This document shows positions 57,355 to 64,000 of a stretch of 64,000 nucleotides of DNA, piece by piece. Origin of the DNA: Acinetobacter phage phiAB441; the sequence record PV420835.1; one strand, written 5' to 3'. Positions within the stretch are counted from its first letter, which is position 1. Each line of letters opens with the position of its first letter. The notes under the pieces are model-generated. The model worked only from the letters and a program-made list of their open reading frames with translations, made no database searches and had not been told where the DNA came from. Position numbers and translations under genes: made by a program.

Positions 57355-57916
57355 TGAAAAAATAGATGAAATAATCGAAAGATACCCTGAATTCTGGAAA
57401 ACAAAATCAAGTTACATGTCTTACATTCGTGGTGGTGTGAGACAGGGTTTGTGGAACAAAAACAAGATCAAGATCTTAAAGATTAAGAACAATCGTGTAC
57501 AAATCCCTAATCCAAATCCAAAAGGGAAGAAGGAGACAGTGTGGGGTGGTGAGTGTGAAGTTTGTAAAAATCTTTTCCCTACAGCTTCGTTACAAGTAGA
57601 TCATATTCGAGATAAAGGAAGTAGCTTAAAGAATTTTTCTGATGTATCTAAATTCATTGAGGATATGATTCTTATCACAGAAGATGATTTACGTATTGTT
57701 TGTAAGAATTGTCATGAAATTATCAGTCACGCACAGAAGAAAGGTTGTTCTTTTGAAGAAGCAAGAGTTCAAAAAGAATTTATTGAGATAAAAAAACAGA
57801 AGAAAGTGCTTGACAAACTTGTTAGCTTGGGGGTAAACTCAATACCTAAGCTAAAGAAAGATCAAGAATCTTTGTTATTAGAGTTGTTGTTAGGAGAAGT
57901 TAATGAAAATCAGTAA
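57338..57916 (+). CDS. HNH endonuclease
   Basis: CEVCKNL...LQVDHIRDKGSS...CKNCHEIISH matches the HNH motif with Cys pairs. Confidence 0.75.
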   Translation: MIMTPDEKIDEIIERYPEFWKTKSSYMSYIRGGVRQGLWNKNKIKILKIKNNRVQIPNPNPKGKKETVWGGECEVCKNLFPTASLQVDHIRDKGSSLKNFSDVSKFIEDMILITEDDLRIVCKNCHEIISHAQKKGCSFEEARVQKEFIEIKKQKKVLDKLVSLGVNSIPKLKKDQESLLLELLLGEVNENQ

Positions 57917-58142
57917 AGAAATTTATGACTTGATTGTGACTAGGGATTCAATACTTAATCAAATTTCAAGTGAATACCAAGATAACCAAAGTATGAATGT
58001 GATTTATGGATGCGATTGTGGTTGTGGTGGTGATTCTTCGATGGATTATTTAGATTCATTAGAACAAAATTTAATTGATGTTGAAGATGAACTTCGTAAT
58101 TTAGGTGTTGTTTTAGATTTTGAGGATGAAGTTGATGAGTGA
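57903..58142 (+). CDS. Hypothetical small acidic protein
   Basis: ORF track. Confidence 0.45.
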   Translation: MKISKEIYDLIVTRDSILNQISSEYQDNQSMNVIYGCDCGCGGDSSMDYLDSLEQNLIDVEDELRNLGVVLDFEDEVDE

Positions 58143-58443
58143 ATTATTTGTAAATCTTGAAGAGTTTGAAGAAGTGTCTGAGGCTTCAAATAAACCAAGT
58201 GAAGGAGATACTTGGAAAATGATTGAAGAAGGTGATTGGATTTCTGAAGGAAAATGGGAACATCAAGAATGTGTTGTTCAGAATATTGAAACAGGTAAGT
58301 ATTATGCTTATGGTTTGAGTCGTTCTGGAAGTTATTATTCTGATTGGTATTATCCTCATCGTGAAGATGATAAGGGTGTAACATTACAGGAAGTAAAACC
58401 TGTTGAGAAGACGGTTGTAATTACTGAATGGAAACTAGTTTAA
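58120..58443 (+). CDS. Hypothetical protein
   Basis: ORF track. Confidence 0.45.
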   Translation: MRMKLMSELFVNLEEFEEVSEASNKPSEGDTWKMIEEGDWISEGKWEHQECVVQNIETGKYYAYGLSRSGSYYSDWYYPHREDDKGVTLQEVKPVEKTVVITEWKLV

Positions 58444-58468
58444 TTAATTAAATATTTAGGAGAGAAAA

Positions 58469-58783
58469 ATGATTGATGTTAAATTTTTAGAGCAAAACGC
58501 AGAAAAGACTTTTGATGAGATTATTGCTAAACCAGATAACCGAAAAGTGTTTGTTGAGCAGATTGGTAAATTAGCATCACAGAAAGCCACTATTGCTCAA
58601 CAGCAGGAGGTTTTAAAGGATGATGTATCAATCGTAGCTGACGCTTTTAAGCTTAGCAAGACAGAGGTTAATAAACTTGTAGAAGCTCGGTTGAAGGATG
58701 ATATCGAAGGAAGTGTTGAGAAACTAGAATCGTTGATTGATAAATATCAAATTCTATTAGGTGAAGCTGAAGACGATGAATAA
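58469..58783 (+). CDS. Hypothetical acidic protein
   Basis: ORF track. RBS aggagag. Confidence 0.5.
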   Translation: MIDVKFLEQNAEKTFDEIIAKPDNRKVFVEQIGKLASQKATIAQQQEVLKDDVSIVADAFKLSKTEVNKLVEARLKDDIEGSVEKLESLIDKYQILLGEAEDDE

Positions 58784-59036
58784 TATTTTGAATGTTACGC
58801 TTTCTGACTTCTTACCAACAACAGAAGAGCTTGATAAGTTTTATGTTGTATATAAGAATCAGGAAGACATTCTAAGTGTTGACATTAAGGAGGGGGACGA
58901 AAGTCTCCTTTCTGAATACGATGCTTGGTTTGAAGATAAAGATTTAGATGCCGAGACACTCTTCAATAGTTTATTCATGTCTAAAGTTTTTTACGAAGCA
59001 ATTAATAATGTAGAGATTGTTGAGGAGCAAAAATGA
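58761..59036 (+). CDS. Hypothetical acidic protein
   Basis: ORF track. Confidence 0.45.
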   Translation: MKLKTMNNILNVTLSDFLPTTEELDKFYVVYKNQEDILSVDIKEGDESLLSEYDAWFEDKDLDAETLFNSLFMSKVFYEAINNVEIVEEQK

Positions 59037-60019
59037 AGAAGTGGCAACAAACAGCTTTAGAATACAGAAAGCAAGGATTATCATCTCGTAAGATTTGTGA
59101 TAAATTAGGATGGAGTCGAACTCGTAAAAGTACGATTAATTATTTCTTCGAACGTCATGATCGTGAACAACAAGCTGTAGATGCTTTGTTTAAATCAGCA
59201 CAAGAAGAACCTAGCGTTAAGATTCTTTATTTAGATTTGGAATACACATTCTCTTTCTCAGGACATTTCCAGAATTGGGGTGTTAACATTCCCCAAGAAG
59301 CTAAGATTCGTGAGAGTCATTTATTATCTTATGCATATGCTTGGAATAATGGTGAGATTAAAGGTGAAGTGTTAAAAGCAGAAGCTATTCAAAATGATCT
59401 ACTACGCTCTATTGTTCAGAATGATGTCAAAACAGAGATTGATTTTGACATGACATTAAAGCTTTGGCACTTGTTAGATCAATGTGATATCGTTGTGGCT
59501 CACAATTGCCGAGGTTACGACATTAAGCAATTACATTCATTATTTTTGAAATATGGTTTGTGTTTACCTTCTCCGTATAAAGTTGTTGACACTTTAGCAA
59601 TTGCTAAGAAGATGTTTAAGCTTCCGTTTAAGAGTTTGAAATATTTAGCTCAATATTTAAATGTCACACAAAAGATTGATAATGGTGGTAATGAGTTTTG
59701 GCGTTTGGCTTCAATTGGTTATTCGGATGAAGTTTTAAATGAAATGCTCACTTACAACAAAGGTGACATTGAAACGTTACGTGAAGTTTATTTGAAATTA
59801 AGGATGTATAATAATGATGGGGTTAATGTTGCTGCATTTAATGGTGGTGATGAGGTACGATGTCCTACTTGCTCTTCTAGTGACTTATCTAAGTTAAACA
59901 AACAGGCTACAACTACACGACATCAGTATGACGTTTATCGTTGTAATCATTGTCAAGCTTTAAGTCGTTCAGCGAATGTTAAAGGTGAAGCTAAATATTT
60001 GGTTCATGTGAGTGGTTAA
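59033..60019 (+). CDS. DEDD-family 3'-5' exonuclease (DnaQ-like) with N-terminal HTH-like segment and C-terminal zinc ribbon
   Basis: Exo I ILYLDLEYT, Exo II VVAHNCRGYD, C-terminal CPTC...CNHC. Confidence 0.55.
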   Translation: MKKWQQTALEYRKQGLSSRKICDKLGWSRTRKSTINYFFERHDREQQAVDALFKSAQEEPSVKILYLDLEYTFSFSGHFQNWGVNIPQEAKIRESHLLSYAYAWNNGEIKGEVLKAEAIQNDLLRSIVQNDVKTEIDFDMTLKLWHLLDQCDIVVAHNCRGYDIKQLHSLFLKYGLCLPSPYKVVDTLAIAKKMFKLPFKSLKYLAQYLNVTQKIDNGGNEFWRLASIGYSDEVLNEMLTYNKGDIETLREVYLKLRMYNNDGVNVAAFNGGDEVRCPTCSSSDLSKLNKQATTTRHQYDVYRCNHCQALSRSANVKGEAKYLVHVSG

Positions 60020-60257
60020 TATGTTAAGTTATCAAGAAGAGAGAGAGCTTTGGCAGCTTATTAAAAAGTTTTCAAAATCTAAAGAGTTTAGACATACGGT
60101 TTCTGGTAGTATTTTATTAACAGAGTATTATCTGGATGGTGATGTCTTATCTATAGAGGAAATTGATAATCTTGTTTCGGTTTCTTTAAATGATCGTGAA
60201 ATTTACGGATACATTGATGTGAAAAGTGCTTTGGAGAATCCACCTGATGAAAATTGA
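60012..60257 (+). CDS. Hypothetical small protein
   Basis: ORF track. Probable ATG 60021. Confidence 0.4.
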   Translation: MVNMLSYQEERELWQLIKKFSKSKEFRHTVSGSILLTEYYLDGDVLSIEEIDNLVSVSLNDREIYGYIDVKSALENPPDEN

Positions 60258-60315
60258 TGTTAAAGAAAATTTGGTTTAATAATTGACCAAACAGTTTGAA
60301 ATTTGAAAATATTGA

Positions 60316-60344
60316 TTGACATACTTTTCGGAGTGTGTCATTAT
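60316..60344 (+). promoter_or_regulatory. Promoter-like TTGACA-17-CATTAT
   Basis: Read directly. Weaker -10. Confidence 0.35.
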
Positions 60345-60358
60345 TGTTTTATTAAATA

Positions 60359-60441
60359 TCCCGTGTCCCCTCAAGAGTCTTCTAAACTCTCGACATTAAA
60401 TAGAGGGATGGTAGTCAAGGAGATCGTTACTTCCACGGGAT
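60359..60441 (+). other. GC-rich nested inverted-repeat element (tcccgtg...cacggga outer arms, ccctc/gaggg and agagt/actct inner arms) immediately upstream of the HNH_3 gene
   Basis: Read directly. Conspicuous in an AT-rich genome. Confidence 0.45.
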
Positions 60442-60462
60442 GCCAATATTATAGGAGATTAT

Positions 60463-60996
60463 GTGACTGAAGAGTGGAGAGATGTTGTTGGATACGAAGA
60501 ATATTTTATGATAAGTTCTTTTGGTAATGTATTTTCAAAAAGAACAAATAAGATATTAAAACAGAATACAACAGACAGAGGTTATAAGACAGTAGCAACA
60601 AAAATTGGTGGAAGAAGTGGAAAAAATTTGTGCTTTAAAATTCACAGATTAGTTGCGGAAGCGTTTATAGAAAATTTTGAAAATAAGCCTTATGTTAATC
60701 ACATTAATTCAAAAAGAAATGATAACCGTGTTGAAAACTTGGAGTGGTGTACCGCAAAAGAGAACTTTGATCATGGTCTTTCATTTGGAAACATTAAAAA
60801 CAACCAACTTTCAAAAAGTAGTTTCGTTGGAAGGAAGTTAAAAGATGATGATGTTATTAACATTCGAAATAATTATGTGAAAGGTTGTCATAAAAACGGA
60901 CTAAGAGCTTTAGCTAGAAAATACGGTGTTAATAAAAATACCATAAAAGCAGTTGTTAGCAGTGAGACATATAAAGATATAGGAGAAAGAGAGTGA
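60463..60996 (+). CDS. HNH_3 / NUMOD4-type homing endonuclease (I-HmuI-like family)
   Basis: WRDVVGYEEYFMISSFGNVFS (NUMOD4-like). HRLVAEAF...NHINSKRNDNRVENLEW (HNH_3). GTG start after aggag. Confidence 0.7.
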   Translation: MTEEWRDVVGYEEYFMISSFGNVFSKRTNKILKQNTTDRGYKTVATKIGGRSGKNLCFKIHRLVAEAFIENFENKPYVNHINSKRNDNRVENLEWCTAKENFDHGLSFGNIKNNQLSKSSFVGRKLKDDDVINIRNNYVKGCHKNGLRALARKYGVNKNTIKAVVSSETYKDIGERE

Positions 60997-61184
60997 CAGA
61001 AAAATTTTCAGAGATGACAGAAACAAGTAATGTAGAATTAACACCACAACAACAATATAAAAACATTTTAGAAAAAGCACTTCAATCAGCAATTTTATTA
61101 AACAAAATCATTCGTGGTAAATCTGTTGAAGAGTATTCAGATGAAGAATTATCTGAAGCAATTTTACACAATCTAATGTTGTAA
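60993..61184 (+). CDS. Hypothetical small protein
   Basis: ORF track. Next gene's frame is already open across its 3' end. Confidence 0.4.
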   Translation: MTEKFSEMTETSNVELTPQQQYKNILEKALQSAILLNKIIRGKSVEEYSDEELSEAILHNLML

Positions 61185-61240
61185 CTAAAGAAGAAATTAT
61201 TGAATGGATTTCTAATTACGGATTAGACACTATTGAGGAA

Positions 61241-61681
61241 TTGGATGGTCAAGTAGATGTAATCTATACACTCTCGTATTTACATTACTTAATTGAAGAA
61301 GCTAAACGTAGAGATTTTGTTGAAATTAACTATAAGCACACCAACTTAATTTTAATGTTAGGTAATGTTGTATTGTCAAATCTGTCTACCGATGACGATG
61401 GGTATTATGACACATTAGAGGAAGCTGTTGATCGAATTATTGAAAACAATATGTCTAAAGTGACAACTGATGTTGAATATTTTAAAACATGGGAATCACC
61501 AAAAGGTGAAAACTTAATTCCTAAGTCAACAGTTGTTGATGGAACACGTTATTATTTATTAGTTAATGCTGAAGGAAAGTGTCGTAAACCAGAACATTTT
61601 GTTGGTGTTGATTTAACAGATTTAGCAGAACGTTTAGATAAACAATGGAATGGGGTTACAAATGGCAAAGAAGAAAACTAA
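61241..61681 (+). CDS. Hypothetical protein. Start uncertain (TTG). Its frame is open from 61157.
   Basis: ORF track plus hand translation of upstream frame. Confidence 0.4.
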   Translation: MDGQVDVIYTLSYLHYLIEEAKRRDFVEINYKHTNLILMLGNVVLSNLSTDDDGYYDTLEEAVDRIIENNMSKVTTDVEYFKTWESPKGENLIPKSTVVDGTRYYLLVNAEGKCRKPEHFVGVDLTDLAERLDKQWNGVTNGKEEN

Positions 61682-62093
61682 AGGGAAGCAGAGTGATTAT
61701 ATTCAACATCGTGTTGGTGTTTATGCAACAGAATCAGATTTGAAAGATGACACAGTTATTTTTCTAGCTGTTCAATGTGGGATATTAACACCAAACGATT
61801 ATGATATTGTTGATGCTGTTGTTGGCGACAAGAGACCAGAAAAGAAGATTGTTGTTAAAGAATATTCTGAAAAAGCTATTCAAGCTATTTTAAAGAATCT
61901 ATTTGGTTTTAGGGATGGTTGGTATGAGGTTGAAGTTGTAGAGAAACAACGCACACGATTTGGTAACAAAGTTGTATACAATGAAAAGCGTTACACTGGT
62001 TTAGAGAGAGAAGATAAAGATTGGACATCATCATCAATGTGCAGTGATGAAATGAAGAGTTGCTTAATCTTCGGCTCGAAAGGAGAGGTCTAA
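61650..62093 (+). CDS. Hypothetical protein
   Basis: ORF track. Confidence 0.45.
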   Translation: MGLQMAKKKTKGKQSDYIQHRVGVYATESDLKDDTVIFLAVQCGILTPNDYDIVDAVVGDKRPEKKIVVKEYSEKAIQAILKNLFGFRDGWYEVEVVEKQRTRFGNKVVYNEKRYTGLEREDKDWTSSSMCSDEMKSCLIFGSKGEV

Positions 62094-62350
62094 TGCTTTA
62101 TTTTGTTGTTACTTATATTTTAATTGGAATTGTATTAACTACATTACTTTGTAAGATGGTTAATGATAATTTAGATGAGTTTAAATTGTATGTTGGTGTG
62201 GAAGACTTCGATGTATATGCTAAGTATCAATGGTTGATATTTTCAGCTTTGGTTTTTATTACTCCTACATATTATTCATATCAATTTACTGTTTGGTTTA
62301 TTAAGTATTTATTTGGTTTAACGTTGAAATTATTTGGTGGTAAGAAGTGA
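62060..62350 (+). CDS. Small membrane protein (3 TM)
   Basis: Hydrophobic helices. Confidence 0.45.
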   Translation: MLNLRLERRGLMLYFVVTYILIGIVLTTLLCKMVNDNLDEFKLYVGVEDFDVYAKYQWLIFSALVFITPTYYSYQFTVWFIKYLFGLTLKLFGGKK

Positions 62351-64000
62351 TTCATTCTGTTGTAAAGCGTGATGGTACAGTTGAAAAATTTGATTTAGAG
62401 AAACTTTCAAAGTGGGCAAAGTACGCTACTAAGGTTGGTGGTGATTGGTCGGAGTTAGCAATTGATACTTTTTCCAAATTACCTGATGTCGTTGAGTCAA
62501 AAGATATTCATCAAACTATGATTGATGTTTGTTATTCTAAGAATGATTTGGTCTATAGTCGAATTGCTGCTCGACTAGAGATGGCACAAATCAAAAAGAA
62601 TATTGAACAGAAGTTTGGTTTGATTGATTTTACATTCAAAGAAATTCGCGATGAATTGATTACTTTTGGTGTTTGGTGTAAAGATACTATTCCAGATTAT
62701 TCTGAAGCTCAAGAGAAATTATACGAAGAGCTTAAATCAGTAACTTTAGAGTCTTGGCAGATTTCACAATTTTATGACAAGTATGCTTTAAAGTTAAATG
62801 ATATGGTTGTCGAAACACCTGCTGTTGCTGCTATTGGTATCGGTTTGGGTTTACATGGCGATACTCAGGACGCTTATGATTTATCTGCTGATATTATTTA
62901 TGGTAGAACTAATTTACCAACACCTGTCTCTAATGGTGTTCGTAATGGTGACTTTAATGGTGTATCGTGTTGTGTTATTAGCGCTGGAGATAGTGTTGAG
63001 AGTATTGAGGTTGCACAGCATTTAGCTGTTCGAATGACAGCTAAGAAAGCTGGTATTGGTATTGAGTTTACTACACGATCTAAAATGGCAGCAGTGAAAG
63101 GTGGTCGTATTAAGCACCTTGGTAAACATCCTATTTATGCTCATGTGGATACTGGTGTTAAGGAATTTACACAAGAGACTCGTGGCGGTAGTGCTACAGT
63201 CGGATTCACATGTATTGATCCTGAAGTTTATAATATTGCTTTGTGGAAATCACAGCGTATTGATATTGATCAACGCTTAGATAAATTAGACTTCAGTTTC
63301 ATTTTTAATGATGCGTTTCTTGACGCCGTAGTGAGTCGTAGTGATTGGTATTTATTTGACCTTACTGATGCACCAGAAATTCATAAACTCTTCTATACGG
63401 CTTCTGTAAGCGATTATAATGAAGCAGTTAATCGTGAACTTGAGAAAGGAACAAAACACACTAAAGTTTCTGCATTGGATTTACTAAAACATGTTTTGAT
63501 CATTCGTCAAGAAACAGGTCGTATGTATGCATTCAATGTCAGTAGAGCAAACAGTCACACACCATTCTTTGATGTAATTAGATTATCAAATTTATGCCAA
63601 GAGATTTGCTTACCAACTGAAGCTTATACAGATATGGGAGCTTTATATAACGATGATGAGTGGAAGTCTGGTGAAACCGCATTTTGTTCTCTAGGTGCTA
63701 TTGTTCCTGTTAATATTAAATCTGATGAAGAGTATAAACGTGTTGCTTACACTTTGGTTAAGACGATTTCTAAATTGATTTACAAGTGTCCTAAGATGAC
63801 TAAAAACCATCAAAGAACTATGTTGGAGAGAATGTCATTAGGGATTGGGATTACTGGTTTGGCTAATTATCTGTATCAACAAGGTTACGACTATGATGGT
63901 TCGGATGAGAGTTTAGAGTTTGTTTTTGACTTAGCTGAAAAGCATATGTTCTACTTATATCAGGCATCTATTAAATTAGCTGAAGAGTTCGACCATGTTG
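62347..64000 (+). CDS. nrdA: Ribonucleotide reductase class I alpha subunit (NrdA-like). Partial, continues beyond the window.
   Basis: GTG 62347 overlapping the previous stop. N-terminal ATP-cone-like VKRDGTVEKFDLEKL. Active-site region GVSCCVISAGDS. Open frame to the window end. Confidence 0.75.
   Translation, partial: MIHSVVKRDGTVEKFDLEKLSKWAKYATKVGGDWSELAIDTFSKLPDVVESKDIHQTMIDVCYSKNDLVYSRIAARLEMAQIKKNIEQKFGLIDFTFKEIRDELITFGVWCKDTIPDYSEAQEKLYEELKSVTLESWQISQFYDKYALKLNDMVVETPAVAAIGIGLGLHGDTQDAYDLSADIIYGRTNLPTPVSNGVRNGDFNGVSCCVISAGDSVESIEVAQHLAVRMTAKKAGIGIEFTTRSKMAAVKGGRIKHLGKHPIYAHVDTGVKEFTQETRGGSATVGFTCIDPEVYNIALWKSQRIDIDQRLDKLDFSFIFNDAFLDAVVSRSDWYLFDLTDAPEIHKLFYTASVSDYNEAVNRELEKGTKHTKVSALDLLKHVLIIRQETGRMYAFNVSRANSHTPFFDVIRLSNLCQEICLPTEAYTDMGALYNDDEWKSGETAFCSLGAIVPVNIKSDEEYKRVAYTLVKTISKLIYKCPKMTKNHQRTMLERMSLGIGITGLANYLYQQGYDYDGSDESLEFVFDLAEKHMFYLYQASIKLAEEFDHV

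Noticed and set aside
60359-60441. tRNA or tmRNA in the GC-rich element
   Set aside because: The 7-bp outer stem is followed by tgcca, but the T-arm and D-arm could not be folded on either strand.
1-64000. CRISPR array search
   Set aside because: No regularly spaced direct repeats of 24-40 bp with unique spacers anywhere. Only the two-copy repeats described in the findings.

Overview
This 64-kb window is an AT-rich tailed-phage genome segment with strong Shine-Dalgarno sites (aggag/aagga) on nearly every gene. It is modular. Positions 1..4800 hold small rightward early genes behind repeated promoter elements. Positions 5293..11925 hold a leftward operon: an AP2-HNH homing-endonuclease-like gene, small unknowns, an embedded Rz/Rz1-type spanin pair, a ClpP-like protease, PhoH, and a Lys/Thr-tailed protein at the promoter-proximal end. 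A divergent promoter region sits at 11926..12321. From 12322 to 41894 runs a rightward morphogenesis and lysis module: a SleB-like hydrolase, TerS, TerL, portal, S49 protease-scaffold fusion, major capsid, connectors, a collagen-like fibre, sheath, tube, chaperone pair, tape measure, a Mu/P2-like baseplate (hub, spike, gp25/W-like, J-like, I-like), a tail-collar tail fibre, holin, second membrane protein, GH19 endolysin and two receptor-binding-like proteins sharing an N-terminal motif, closed by an intrinsic terminator at 41901. From 42139 to the window end is a replication and nucleotide-metabolism module: a winged-helix initiator-like protein preceded by iteron-like repeats, many small ORFs, dCMP deaminase, a second AP2-HNH gene, DnaG-DnaB-type primase-helicase, a family-B DNA polymerase that is frame-interrupted and split by a GIY-YIG endonuclease gene, a gp2.5-like SSB, a FEN/5'-3' exonuclease, an HNH endonuclease, a DEDD exonuclease, an HNH_3/NUMOD4 endonuclease behind a GC-rich structured element, and a class I RNR alpha subunit running off the end. 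Spanins plus a binding-domain-less GH19 endolysin suggest a Gram-negative host; the baseplate set suggests a contractile tail. The findings worth following up are the split and frameshifted PolB, five homing-endonuclease genes, an embedded spanin pair located away from the lysis cassette and coupled to an extra ClpP-like protease, several structured non-coding regions (a possible pac/cos or ncRNA region upstream of terS, and a G-quadruplex motif upstream of one HEG), repeated early-promoter cassettes and an iteron-like array. Nothing here is a recognisable defence or anti-defence system from sequence alone. No CRISPR array or canonical tRNA could be supported.
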